A model generated the notes under the pieces. The model was not told the origin of the DNA and made no database searches. It saw nothing but the letters and a program-made list of their open reading frames with translations. A stretch of 64,000 nt of DNA, from the NCBI GenBank assembly GCA_021785515.1, contig JAJYEX010000001.1, forward strand, positions 514,196-578,195, given 5' to 3'. Position numbers and translations under genes: made by a program. Numbering within the stretch: position 1 is the stretch's first letter; every line of letters begins with the position of its first letter. Shown here piece by piece: positions 19,321-29,079 of the stretch. This DNA comes from Pseudomonadota bacterium. Lineage in GTDB: Bacteria > Pseudomonadota > Gammaproteobacteria > Acidiferrobacterales > UBA6901.

Positions 19321-20439
19321 TCAGCGCCAGCGGATTGCGTGCAGACGTTCTGCCGCGTACCTCTGGAGGACCGGATCAAGCCGGGTGAGCGTTGCGCGCG
19401 AGTAGGCCTGCTGCGCCGATGACCACTGTTTTTCGGCCTCGAGCGAGATTCCGAGGCCGATCCACCAGGCACCGTCGAGAGGCCTGAGCGCGAGCGCCCG
19501 TCTGAACAGACTGATGGCCTCATCATTCTTGCCAGCGCGCTGCTCAAGCGTAGCGAGTAGCGCAAGATAATTGGCGTCTGATCCCGCGCCCGGCAACCCA
19601 CGACTGAGCAGCGTAACCGCTTCAGTCGTCGCACCGCGTGCGGCATCAATGCGCGCCAGGAGATAGATGAATCCGGCCTGCTGCGGCAGCAGGACCAGCC
19701 CCTGCGCGAGCACCCGCGCGGCGTCGGACTGCCGGCCCTGCTCCAGCAGCAGCGCTGCCAGCAACTCGCGGGCAGACACGTTTTCCGGATCAGCAAGCAG
19801 CGCTGATCTGAGCACATCCCGGGCCCGGCCCGGGTGACCTTGCGCCAGGAGGTTCTCGCTGCGACGGTAAGTATTCTCGGTAATCTGTGCGGAAGTAAGC
19901 GGAATCACCCGCTTTTCGAAGCGTTGGTCCTGGGCCACTCGGTCACTGGATGCCGCGGCAAGCGGCGGCCGATCCGCGGCCATCCGGCCGGTCGCTGCAA
20001 CCGCAATGAGTGCCGGACGCTGGGCGCCTGCCCGATGGCGATGATCAGCCGCTTTGGCACGCGCCTTTTCTACGGAAACGGACTTCCGGCGCTGTGCGGA
20101 CTCGTGACGCGGCCCCGCACCGGATGCGGGAGCGCGTCTGGCACCGCTGCGCCGTTGCACCGCCGAATGACTGGCCACGACTGCAACCGTGCGCTGGGGC
20201 CCGGATAGGTCGGAAGTGGAGACGGCATGCACCGGTACCAACCAGCGATGACGCACAAACAGACCGGTTGCGATCAGCGCTGCAGCGACCGGAATCAGGA
20301 GCCAGGCCAGCGTACGACCGCGGACGGCGTGCGTGGCGGCCGGCCTCAAGTCCTCGTATACGGACCCTCGCACCACGTTTCCTGCGCCGGGCCGCTGGCG
20401 CGCTTCCAGGTCCTTCAACATCTTGTTCACAAGGCTCAC
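19321..20439 (-). CDS. mshN: MSHA biogenesis TPR protein MshN
   Basis: N-terminus MSLVNKMLKDLEARQ, one TM helix and C-terminal TPR-like repeats. It overlaps the mshM stop by 4 nt. Confidence 0.75.
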   Translation of the reverse strand: MSLVNKMLKDLEARQRPGAGNVVRGSVYEDLRPAATHAVRGRTLAWLLIPVAAALIATGLFVRHRWLVPVHAVSTSDLSGPQRTVAVVASHSAVQRRSGARRAPASGAGPRHESAQRRKSVSVEKARAKAADHRHRAGAQRPALIAVAATGRMAADRPPLAAASSDRVAQDQRFEKRVIPLTSAQITENTYRRSENLLAQGHPGRARDVLRSALLADPENVSARELLAALLLEQGRQSDAARVLAQGLVLLPQQAGFIYLLARIDAARGATTEAVTLLSRGLPGAGSDANYLALLATLEQRAGKNDEAISLFRRALALRPLDGAWWIGLGISLEAEKQWSSAQQAYSRATLTRLDPVLQRYAAERLHAIRWR

Positions 20440-21347
20440 GCGCGGTATCTCCAGAGAAGCAGTCCGGCGGATACCAGCATTAGCCCGAGCATAGCCGCAA
20501 CCCTCAGGGCACGGATCCGCTGCCAGATCGGCCGCCGACGGGTCGACTCGGTGTCCTCAATCGCCTCCTGCACGTAACGCGCCCCGATGAGATTAGCGCC
20601 CTCGCCGAAGGCGGCGATCATGGCCTTGTGCGCCAGAATGTTGATAAGCCGCGGGATCCCGCGGCTTGCCCGGTACAGGGCGCTCACGGCCTGCCGGGAA
20701 AACAGCTGCGGACCCCGGTAGCCGGCAATCGCGAGCCGGTGCGCGACATAGTATTCGACGTCGGCGACGCTCATGGCAGCGAGGCTGCAGGAGAAGCTGA
20801 TGCGTTGTCTCAGCTGACGGATCGACGGATCGTCCAGCCGGATATCGAGCTCCGGCTGACCGAACAACACTACCTGCAACAGCTTGCGGCGTTCCGTCTC
20901 AAGGTTGCTGAGCAGCCGTAGCGCTTCGAGCGTCTCGATCGGCATAGCCTGGGCCTCGTCCAGACAGAGGACGACCTGCCGCCCGTGCGCATGCACGTCG
21001 ACCAGAAAGGCCGTAAGTGCCTTGAGCAGATGATGCTGGTCGGCGCCCCTTCCGTACTCCACCCCGAGTTCGTCGGCTACCGCTAGCAGCAGCGTCGTCG
21101 GCTCTACGTAGGGGTTGGGTATGTAGGCGGTGACATATCCGTCCTCAAGGCTGGCCAGCAGCTTGCGGCACAGCAGGGTCTTCCCGGTTCCGACCTCGCC
21201 CACCACCTTGATAAACCCCTCGCCGCTGCGCACCGAAACGAGCAACGTATTGAGTGCGTCCTGGCAGCTCGAGTGCCCGTAAAAGAAGCTGGTGTCGGGC
21301 GTAATGCTGAAGGGAAGTTCGGTCAGCCCGAAATGAGACAGATACAT
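20436..21347 (-). CDS. mshM: MSHA biogenesis ATPase MshM (ExeA-like AAA)
   Basis: YLSHFGLTELPFSITPDTSFFY followed by the Walker A motif GEVGTGKT. Confidence 0.85.
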   Translation of the reverse strand: MYLSHFGLTELPFSITPDTSFFYGHSSCQDALNTLLVSVRSGEGFIKVVGEVGTGKTLLCRKLLASLEDGYVTAYIPNPYVEPTTLLLAVADELGVEYGRGADQHHLLKALTAFLVDVHAHGRQVVLCLDEAQAMPIETLEALRLLSNLETERRKLLQVVLFGQPELDIRLDDPSIRQLRQRISFSCSLAAMSVADVEYYVAHRLAIAGYRGPQLFSRQAVSALYRASRGIPRLINILAHKAMIAAFGEGANLIGARYVQEAIEDTESTRRRPIWQRIRALRVAAMLGLMLVSAGLLLWRYRA

Positions 21348-21381
21348 GGTTCAATCATCCGGGTGTGTGCTGCCCATATCA

Positions 21382-23109
21382 TCACGGGCTTCTTCCGATG
21401 TCGCGGAACTGCCGGTCGGAGTCCTCAATCGAGTCCTCCCACACCTGGCCATTGTCCACGATCGTCGGCTTGATCAGGATCACCAGCTCGTTTTTGACCC
21501 GTATCACCTGCTTGTCCTTGAACAGGTTGCCGAGCACCGGAATGTTGTCGAGGAACGGCACGCCAGCATTCTCGTCAGTGCTCTCTTGCTTCATCAGACC
21601 GCCAATCACCACATACTGGCCGCTCCTGGCGCGCACCACATCATCGGATTCCTGGATCGTGCTCGAGGCAAGCGGCAGGCTGTTGACCTGGCCGTTAAGT
21701 GTAAACGTGTTGTCCTTCTGCACCACCTGACTCACTGACGGGTGGATGTGAAGAATGATGTCACCGTGCGCATTGATCTGCGGCGTCACATCCAGCGCAA
21801 TGCCGGAGAAAAACGGCGTCAGGTCCACCTGGCTGGATACGGTCGTGGCGCCGCCGAGGGAAGCCAGCGGAGTATTGGTCACCCCCGTGATGAAGAAATC
21901 ATCTCCGCCAACCTTGATCACCGCTTTCTGGTTGTTGATGGTGGCCACCCGCGGGCTCGACAACACGTGCACAGTTCCCTGCGTCTGCAACAGCTCCAGA
22001 AACGAGGCAAAGTTGGCCGACTTGGTCGCGATGCTGAAGACACCGCCGAACGCCGACACCGCGGTGTTGTCGATGACGCTGCTCGGGTTGTTGCCCGCGA
22101 GGGTGGGATTGAGCGTCCCGGTGTTACCCGCAATGTCGCTCGTTCCGGCGCCGCCGAAGATCGTGCCGCCGCCAGTCTGCGCGAACACCGATGAACCCTG
22201 CAGGGCCGCCCAGTTGATACCGGTCTGGAACTGGTTGTTGAGTTGAACGTCCAGGATCTTGGCGTCGAGTATCACTTCCCGGTCTACGGAAGCACTCGTC
22301 TGGCGCAGATAGCGGCGCACCATCTCCAGTTCCCGCGGCATGGCGCGCACGATCACGATGCCTGCCTGGGGATTTACGACCACCTGCCGGCCGTCCGCGG
22401 TTCCGATGATGGCCGTGAGGCTGCGTTTGAGCGTTCCCCAGAAATCCCACTTGGAAACGGTCTTGACACGGATCTCGGGTGCCACCTGGGAGGTCGATGT
22501 TGAACTGCCGAGGGAATTGTTGCCACCCTGCGATGAAGTGGTGGTCTGCGTGAGTTCGCCCGAGGTGACACGGATATCCGATTCGCCGTCGCGAACCATG
22601 TCGAGGTAGTTGATGTGGAAAATGCGTGTCTGCATCCCCAGGCCGTAGACGTAGAAGCTGCTGCCCTCCCTCCGGTATCCGTAGCCATAGGCCGAACGGA
22701 TCGCATCCAGGGCTTCGGGTACCGTAACGTCCTTGAGGTGCAGGGTAATGGTCCCCGTGAGCCCGGGAGGCAGGATCATGTTGTAGGACGTTCCCCTTAC
22801 CAGCCCCATGAACACATCGCTCGCCGGAGCATCACGCACGGAAAGATCGAAATGCGGCTCGAGCGGCGTGCTCTGGCCGTGCGGCAGGCGGATTGTGAGC
22901 GGCGGAAGCAGCGCCTGACTCACGGAAGGGGGTACCGACGAAGCGTCCGTCTTGCTGGCACGCGTAAGGTTCGCGCCGATACGGTTACCGACCTCGTGGC
23001 TCCAGTGATACGGGTTCGTCTGGCAGGCCGCCAGCGCCGCCGCAGCCACAACCGCCACCAGGACGCGTGCGCGGCACTTACCGCATTGCGGCAGGAATGC
23101 TGTGCTCAT
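21382..23109 (-). CDS. mshL: MSHA pilus secretin MshL (GspD/PilQ superfamily lipoprotein)
   Basis: 575 aa with the lipobox LAAC and a C-terminal secretin domain (VPFLDNIPVLGNLFK). Confidence 0.9.
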   Translation of the reverse strand: MSTAFLPQCGKCRARVLVAVVAAAALAACQTNPYHWSHEVGNRIGANLTRASKTDASSVPPSVSQALLPPLTIRLPHGQSTPLEPHFDLSVRDAPASDVFMGLVRGTSYNMILPPGLTGTITLHLKDVTVPEALDAIRSAYGYGYRREGSSFYVYGLGMQTRIFHINYLDMVRDGESDIRVTSGELTQTTTSSQGGNNSLGSSTSTSQVAPEIRVKTVSKWDFWGTLKRSLTAIIGTADGRQVVVNPQAGIVIVRAMPRELEMVRRYLRQTSASVDREVILDAKILDVQLNNQFQTGINWAALQGSSVFAQTGGGTIFGGAGTSDIAGNTGTLNPTLAGNNPSSVIDNTAVSAFGGVFSIATKSANFASFLELLQTQGTVHVLSSPRVATINNQKAVIKVGGDDFFITGVTNTPLASLGGATTVSSQVDLTPFFSGIALDVTPQINAHGDIILHIHPSVSQVVQKDNTFTLNGQVNSLPLASSTIQESDDVVRARSGQYVVIGGLMKQESTDENAGVPFLDNIPVLGNLFKDKQVIRVKNELVILIKPTIVDNGQVWEDSIEDSDRQFRDIGRSP

Positions 23110-23453
23110 CGCTTGGTTCTCTCAATATGTAGTTGCGGCAGGAGATGCAGCACCCGGCGTCTGCCGGAGCGCTCCACCAGCACATCGTACGGCCGGATCT
23201 GCAGAATCCTGGCGCCGTCGATGCGTTCGCCGACCTTGACTGTACGGCCGTCGATCACGGCCATGCGCTGCAGCGGCGAAACCAGCGTCGACTGCAGCAC
23301 CATCCCCGGGCGTCGTTGGCTGGCAGCGGGTATACCGGAATAGGGCCGCGTGGGATCCGCAAGACCAGCCAGCGAATCGGCGGCGAACACCCGCCCGCTG
23401 GACGCAACCAGCAGCCCCAGCGACAGCGCGACCATGACGTAATCCTTGCTCAT
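23106..23453 (-). CDS. mshK: MSHA biogenesis protein MshK
   Basis: Small periplasmic protein with a signal peptide and a DPTRP motif. Start set at the ATG at 23453; the track ORF runs to 23495. Confidence 0.6.
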   Translation of the reverse strand: MSKDYVMVALSLGLLVASSGRVFAADSLAGLADPTRPYSGIPAASQRRPGMVLQSTLVSPLQRMAVIDGRTVKVGERIDGARILQIRPYDVLVERSGRRRVLHLLPQLHIERTKR

Positions 23454-23504
23454 TCGCCTGAATCCACTCTCAAGATTCATGCCAGTTGGACGCATGGTGA
23501 ACGG

Positions 23505-24242
23505 TTACATCCCGATCCACGCCCGGTTGAAGCCGAGCGTATAGATAACCAGGGTTACCTCAGACACGGGGTAATACTCGCTCTTGAGCCTGAGACTCCC
23601 CCAGAACATTTTCCAGCGCAGCCCCTGCAAAGCCTGGAGATAGCGCACGATGTCGATATAGCGGCCCTTGAGCACCACTTTCATGCCGTGCAGATACACC
23701 ACCGGAACACCGGGGTACGTGTCGCCGGGGACAGCGGATACCACCGGGCTGCCCACTGCCGGCATCGGAACGGTATTCGACTTGCCGGTAGCGGTGCCGG
23801 TACGCGTTAGCGCCAGCGGCGGCAGGTTTTCAATAGATACCAACTGCAACCTGCCGTTTTTTGCCAGCATCGCCCGCACCAACCCCGCCATTTCCCGCGG
23901 GTCGACCAGGCCACGCGTCATCGCGGTCAACTTGTCGTGGTCCGTGCGCAGCCGCTGCTGTAGTTGCGCGATCTGTGCCCGCACCGCGGCATCAGGACGC
24001 CCGGTCCGCGACTTGAGCAGGACATCTCCTGCGGTGTCGAGCGCGCTGGCCTGATGCAGACGTCCGGTTATATGCGCCTCCAGACGCAGCTGCTCGGCGC
24101 GAAGCGGTGCAAACAGGAAATTGACAGCGATCACGATGGGCACGACCAGAATGCCGACAAAGATCAGCGCACGCTCCCGCGGCGACAGCGCATCGATCCG
24201 GTCGGCTGCCCGCCGGATCTTCTGGCGCCATTCAGCATTCAT
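23505..24242 (-). CDS. mshJ: MSHA biogenesis protein MshJ (PilO-like)
   Basis: 245 aa with an N-terminal TM helix and coiled coil, positioned between the PilN-like gene and mshK. Confidence 0.65.
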   Translation of the reverse strand: MNAEWRQKIRRAADRIDALSPRERALIFVGILVVPIVIAVNFLFAPLRAEQLRLEAHITGRLHQASALDTAGDVLLKSRTGRPDAAVRAQIAQLQQRLRTDHDKLTAMTRGLVDPREMAGLVRAMLAKNGRLQLVSIENLPPLALTRTGTATGKSNTVPMPAVGSPVVSAVPGDTYPGVPVVYLHGMKVVLKGRYIDIVRYLQALQGLRWKMFWGSLRLKSEYYPVSEVTLVIYTLGFNRAWIGM

Positions 24243-24877
24243 GATCCACCCACCGAGCCCGGCCCCGAACCACCGGTCCGGATGACGAAGTCGACATACG
24301 GCTCGAGCGGTCCTTTACCGGAGTCGCGCCGGGGGCGGACGATGCGGAACAGCTCGAAATCCGTGCCCGCAAGGATCTGTTCGCCCGCCAGGCGCTGCAG
24401 GTAGCGCGGTACCAGATCCGGCGCCACACTCCGCCCTTCGAGACTCATGTCCCGGCCACCACCCGCAATGCTCAATCCCGTGAGCCACAGCCCGGGCACG
24501 TGTTCGCGGGCGAAGGCGATCAGAAAACCGGAATAGCCGCGGGTGCTGCCGAAGTGCCGGTGTGCGAGGATTGAGTAGGCCTGCTGGCTCGCGGCCAGCC
24601 GTTCCTGCAGGCGGCGTAATTGCGCCACCAGCTTAGGTTTCGCCGCGCGTGGCGGAAATTCCCGTCCGATATCGGCAATGCGGTGGGCGGCGGCAAGCTG
24701 CTGCTGATCCACCTCGCTTGCCTGTGCCCGCAAGACCTCGATCCGCCACCAGCTCAGCGCGTACAGCAGCGCGATACCCCCGAACACCACCACACCTGCT
24801 TGCAACATGGCCTTGGCAGAGAACTTCTTCTCCTGCCGGCGGAAAATCGGATAATAGAGATTGACCTGCTGGATCAC
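24239..24877 (-). CDS. PilN-like fimbrial assembly protein (second half of MshI, here a separate ORF)
   Basis: MIQQVNLYYPIFRRQEKKF followed by a TM helix, the PilN-type N-terminus. Both neighbours overlap it by 4 nt. Confidence 0.65.
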   Translation of the reverse strand: MIQQVNLYYPIFRRQEKKFSAKAMLQAGVVVFGGIALLYALSWWRIEVLRAQASEVDQQQLAAAHRIADIGREFPPRAAKPKLVAQLRRLQERLAASQQAYSILAHRHFGSTRGYSGFLIAFAREHVPGLWLTGLSIAGGGRDMSLEGRSVAPDLVPRYLQRLAGEQILAGTDFELFRIVRPRRDSGKGPLEPYVDFVIRTGGSGPGSVGGS

Positions 24878-25812
24878 AGCGCCTTGACCTCCTGGCGCAA
24901 TGCCGCACCCACGTGGGTCAGACAGCGCGCCTGCATGGTTGGCGGGAGAGGCGAATTGCAGTCCAGCAGCTGTGTCAGATCAAGCGCCGAAACCTGTACG
25001 TTGAGATTTGCGCGCACATGTTCCACCAGCAGCGGCGGCAACCCCGTTGCCGCCCCACCGAGGACAAGATGGCGGATGGGTGCAACCCGGAAATGGCTTT
25101 CGAAATAGTCGAGCGAGCGCTGCACCTCCAGAACGATGTGGTCATAATACCCAGCCGGCTCGGCCGCGGCATGCAGGACATCAAAACCCACACTGAGCGT
25201 GCGACTGAGATACAGCTGTCCCTGGCGAGTCAGGGTCACGAGGCCGCTCGCCGCCTGCAGCGTCAGCATAGCCACGCCGCTTGCATCTTCAGGCAGCAGC
25301 ACCGCGACATTACGCTGGGCCATCTCGGGAATATCGATCACCTCAAGATTGATTCCGGCCGCATCAAGGGCGTCCGCCCGGGACCGGATCGCATCGTTGC
25401 GCGCCGCCACGACGTACATTTCACGGGCCCGCCCCGGGGCGATATCGCCCGGCAGGTCGAACACGTCGAGACTGGCATCGTCGATATGAAAGTTGATGAG
25501 ATCCTTGACACGCCAGCGCAACGCCGCTTTCAGTTCGTCAGCATGCACGTCCGGCGCCTCGGTCAGCACCAGCTGATAGTCCGCCACATCGAGCAGCGTC
25601 GTGCAGCGGGCGCGCTTGAGTTCATAGTCACGAGCAAGTGCCGAGAGCACCTTGTCCTGCGACGCGTCCGCGCTGACCGGCCGGAAATCCCAGTGCAGGA
25701 TGCGCGGGCGCTTCCCGGATTCGCGCAGCATGCGCACCAGATATACGCCGTCGTCACCAAGCCCGACTGCCGTCAGCCCAGGCAGAGTCTGTCTTTTCCT
25801 TATTGCGAACAA
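24874..25812 (-). CDS. mshI: PilM-like (actin-fold) MSHA biogenesis protein MshI
   Basis: 312-aa cytoplasmic protein, first gene after the AT-rich promoter region 25813-26098. Confidence 0.65.
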   Translation of the reverse strand: MFAIRKRQTLPGLTAVGLGDDGVYLVRMLRESGKRPRILHWDFRPVSADASQDKVLSALARDYELKRARCTTLLDVADYQLVLTEAPDVHADELKAALRWRVKDLINFHIDDASLDVFDLPGDIAPGRAREMYVVAARNDAIRSRADALDAAGINLEVIDIPEMAQRNVAVLLPEDASGVAMLTLQAASGLVTLTRQGQLYLSRTLSVGFDVLHAAAEPAGYYDHIVLEVQRSLDYFESHFRVAPIRHLVLGGAATGLPPLLVEHVRANLNVQVSALDLTQLLDCNSPLPPTMQARCLTHVGAALRQEVKAL

Positions 25813-26098
25813 CGGCGGAATTCCGGCAAGCGGTCAATGAACGGTCCGGCCACAGACATGATCCATCCCATGTGGTTATTGTTCATAGTTGAACCATAGC
25901 AGAAAATTTACATAGTAACTCTATGTTGTCAATGATAATTCTAAATGCCCACCTCTCCCCGACGCCGCTCCGGGTTTGCCGTCAAATAGCGCGGAAATTA
26001 TCAAAAAATACTTTTTAAATTATAGGCTTGCTATCGTAGAATCTCCGTATCTCGGCGGTAGCCCTATCGGCTTTCCGGGGCCCACTAACCTCACTCTG

Positions 26099-27472
26099 TT
26101 AGGACTCGACTTCATGCCACTGGATAACCACTGTCGAGCCACCTCCGCCAGCACCGGCGGGGAACGATACCGCGTTGAGCGGCGCGGTCGTCCCGGATGT
26201 CACGGCCGTCCAGGTGCGGGCCGCCCCTACACCGCTGCCGAGCAAGACTGTCCCGTTGGCGCCCACAGCCCAGCATTCACTCGCAGACACACAATCGATA
26301 CCGGAAAGGCCCTTCTTTCCTGGGGCGGGGGGTTGTTGGCTCCAGGTACTGTTGTTCCAATAGGCAAACGTGGAGTGCGCTCCGTTCTGGGCTTCAGCGG
26401 CCCAGCAGTCGGTCGTGGCATCGCACGAGATGGGGTTGGAGAGCTGAGTACTGTTGTTGCCTTTGATTGTAATCTTCGATTCGCTCCCGCCACCAGGTCC
26501 GAGATGGTCGAAATACCATAGTTTTCCGGATCCGTTGCTTTCGGTCGCCCAGCAGTCATTCGTCGATGCACAGGAAACAGCGCTCAGAGGATCCGTTGCG
26601 TTTGTGAATAAAAGATTCGGGGTTCCGCCCCCCACTTCGACCCAGTACTGATTGCCGGTGGTGGTCGCATAACAGCTGGTCGCGGCGCCGGTTCCGGCAC
26701 AGGCGATGGCGGTAAATGGCGATGCGCCCGAAGTTATAAGTTTCCAGCTGGTGCCGTTCCACTGCATGAGTTCCGGAATAACCCCCGGCCCCACGCCGAC
26801 GGCGTAGCAGTCGGCTCCGTTGCCCGGCTCGCAGGCCACGGCCGTAAACTGCAGGCCAGAATAGCCGGTTGGTATCGGTTGCCAGATCGAGCCGTTCCAT
26901 TGGATAGCTGTTCCTTGCGCACCCACTGCAATACAGTCCGAGGCTGTAGGACACGATACGCCGACCAGATTGTCAGTCGTGTTGGTATTGGTAGCAGTGC
27001 AGGTGCTGCCGCCGCACTGCAGCGCCACACCGCCGTTGCCGACGACAAAACCGGTCGATGCCGGTAGCTGAAGAATTGCCTGAACCGTACGCTGCACCAT
27101 GCCGACGACGCCCTGCACCTGCACACGACATTCGCCTGTGGGTAGGGTCGTCCCGCTAAAATCGGTGGTGTAGGAAGCATTGATCGTGAACGACCCCTGA
27201 CCCACAGCATAGGGGCCGTCCACCGCCAGGCTGGTGCAAGAAGTGCCTGCGACATAGCGGGCGGCGGCGCGTTCTATGCCGCTTTCCGCCAGCAGCAGCG
27301 CGCTCACGCTGCTTTGCCCGAGGCTGGTGTCGGTGATGTCGGAGCCGGACATGCGGGTCGCCACCAGCACCGCAAACGCGATCACGATGAGCAGGAACAG
27401 CACCGCCATCAGGGTGGCTGCGCCCTGCTCGCGTGCGCGCCGGCGAAAACCCGCCGCGAATGGCATTTTCAT
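26099..27472 (-). CDS. PilX_N/MshP-like minor pilin-associated protein with a C-terminal Cys-paired repeat domain (probable beta-propeller)
   Basis: The N-terminus QGAATLMAVLFLLIVIAFAVLVATRMSG...AESGIERAAARY resembles the PilX N-terminal domain. Residues ~150-440 hold at least 6 repeats of the type L-x-AVSC-x5-8-C[WY]A-x-G...WNG[ST]-W. The start overlaps the mshO stop in an ATGA. Confidence 0.6.
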   Translation of the reverse strand: MKMPFAAGFRRRAREQGAATLMAVLFLLIVIAFAVLVATRMSGSDITDTSLGQSSVSALLLAESGIERAAARYVAGTSCTSLAVDGPYAVGQGSFTINASYTTDFSGTTLPTGECRVQVQGVVGMVQRTVQAILQLPASTGFVVGNGGVALQCGGSTCTATNTNTTDNLVGVSCPTASDCIAVGAQGTAIQWNGSIWQPIPTGYSGLQFTAVACEPGNGADCYAVGVGPGVIPELMQWNGTSWKLITSGASPFTAIACAGTGAATSCYATTTGNQYWVEVGGGTPNLLFTNATDPLSAVSCASTNDCWATESNGSGKLWYFDHLGPGGGSESKITIKGNNSTQLSNPISCDATTDCWAAEAQNGAHSTFAYWNNSTWSQQPPAPGKKGLSGIDCVSASECWAVGANGTVLLGSGVGAARTWTAVTSGTTAPLNAVSFPAGAGGGGSTVVIQWHEVES

Positions 27473-28023
27473 GACTGGTTCCTCAGCGTCACCCAGGTCG
27501 TCTGGCTATAGGGTTCCCCGTTCTGGGTCAGCGTGAGATCGATGCGGATGAATGCCACGTCCGCGGCGCTGGTGGCCGGCGTCACGCCGTCGATCTGGAG
27601 ATAGCTGAACGCAAGGCTGCTGACCTCGTCGGTAAGCACCGCCGAGGTCGCCGGTGTCGAGTAGGCAAGCATGACGTCCGGAGGACTTTCACTGATCGTC
27701 ACCGTGGTGCCGTCGGTCTTGGTAAAGGAAAGCGTCGTCGCGGTCATGGTGGCGATGTCGTAATCGGCGGTATTGGCTGGATTGCGCCGGATCTCGCGCA
27801 GCTCGCGCGCCATACGCGCGGTGGCGTAGCGCAGCTTGCTCAACGCATCAAGGCTTGCCGACGTGGTATGGAACGTCTGGACGCCGCTGAGCAGCACGGG
27901 CGTGGCGGCAACGGCAATGATGCCGATGAGCACGATCACCATGACGAGCTCAATAAGCGAGAAACCCTTCTGCGCGCGATGCGCTGTCAGGGCGCCGACA
28001 GTACCTGACATGGCCCGCCGCAT
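27469..28023 (-). CDS. Minor pilin, MshO-like (prepilin-type N-terminus)
   Basis: KGFSLIELVMVIVLIGIIAVAA is a class III signal peptide/N-methylation motif. The MshO name is assigned by gene order. Confidence 0.6.
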   Translation of the reverse strand: MRRAMSGTVGALTAHRAQKGFSLIELVMVIVLIGIIAVAATPVLLSGVQTFHTTSASLDALSKLRYATARMARELREIRRNPANTADYDIATMTATTLSFTKTDGTTVTISESPPDVMLAYSTPATSAVLTDEVSSLAFSYLQIDGVTPATSAADVAFIRIDLTLTQNGEPYSQTTWVTLRNQS

Positions 28024-28427
28024 CAGTAGCTCGCCAGCATGAGGCTGGCGGTGTCGAGGGTCTGCGTTCCCTGGGTCACCGTGATGTCCGCCAGCTTGCA
28101 GGAGGAGAGGCCCGCACAGGCCGCGCCGCTGTAGGGATAAGTGAACGCAACCGCCACGGTGAGACCCTGCGGATCCGGCAGCGTGCTGCAGATATTGGCT
28201 CCGGTCACGCCGCTATAGCCCACGAGCGGATTATCGCGGCGCTGCGCAATCAGGTACTCGCCGCATTCGCGGGCGAGCTGCGTGCCCGCCTGCAGATCCG
28301 CATTGGTGCTGAGCGAGCGCGCCACCTGGCCGTAGCCGGAAATGATCGCGACCGCGGCGATGCCGAGCAGCACGATCACCATGATCAGTTCGACCAGCGT
28401 AAAACCGCGTGCGCCGCGCCGGCTCAT
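28023..28427 (-). CDS. Minor pilin, MshD-like
   Basis: Start at the ATG at 28427 (MSRRGARGFTLVELIMVIVLLGIAAV), forming an ATGA overlap with the upstream gene. The track ORF has a spurious extension to 28667. Confidence 0.6.
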   Translation of the reverse strand: MSRRGARGFTLVELIMVIVLLGIAAVAIISGYGQVARSLSTNADLQAGTQLARECGEYLIAQRRDNPLVGYSGVTGANICSTLPDPQGLTVAVAFTYPYSGAACAGLSSCKLADITVTQGTQTLDTASLMLASY

Positions 28428-28945
28428 GGCGTAGCCACCGTCACGAAGCCGGTGATGGGCGCCACGCTCACCGACCAGGTCTGGGTGCCACCACTGAGGG
28501 TGTAGACGGTCGCTGTACTGAGGAGGGTTCCGGCCGAGGACACCGGCCGGCCCAGGCTGTCGAGATACAGGGCCGGACCGGTGAGCGTGACCCCGTAGCT
28601 CAGTACGACACGGAAGGGCGCACTGCTCGCCGGGTCCGTGACCGGCGTGCCGGGGCCGCTGGCGCACGCGGGGGTACCGGTGCTGGCACAGGAAACGCTG
28701 TAGCCACCGCTTGCCGGCGTAAGCAGCAAAGTGCTGTCCCAGGTCATGGCCAGCATCTGCATGTGGCGGAGGCTGCGTGCGAGGAGCTCGCCCTGATACG
28801 GCGCGGTCTCACCGGGTGCGTTCCAGCGGCTGGCGGCTACCGCGGCGAGTACCCCTGCAATCACCAAAACGACAACCAGCTCGACGAAGGTAAACCCGCG
28901 CGCATAGGCCAGTCGTACCTTCGCATTTCGAGCGTGCTCGTTCAT
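28424..28945 (-). CDS. Minor pilin, MshC-like
   Basis: Start at the ATG at 28945 (MNEHARNAKVRLAYARGFTFVELVVVLVIAGVLAAV). The track ORF extends to 29083. Confidence 0.6.
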   Translation of the reverse strand: MNEHARNAKVRLAYARGFTFVELVVVLVIAGVLAAVAASRWNAPGETAPYQGELLARSLRHMQMLAMTWDSTLLLTPASGGYSVSCASTGTPACASGPGTPVTDPASSAPFRVVLSYGVTLTGPALYLDSLGRPVSSAGTLLSTATVYTLSGGTQTWSVSVAPITGFVTVATP

Positions 28946-28986
28946 GGCATTCCCTCTGCGCATGGCGCGGGGCTCCGGCAGGGGCC

Positions 28987-29022
28987 AAAAAAAAGACGGG
29001 GTGCTGTGTGCCAACACCCCGT
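28987..29022 (-). terminator. Intrinsic terminator/attenuator immediately after the major pilin gene
   Basis: The minus strand reads ACGGGGTG-TTGGCACACAG-CACCCCGT followed by CTTTTTTTT. The stem spans 28996-29003 and 29015-29022, and the A-run on the plus strand is 28987-28994. Confidence 0.65.
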
Positions 29023-29079
29023 TCTTGTTACCTCCGCATCCGGATCGCAGCCGGCCGTACCGGCCTGAACCGCGGCCGA

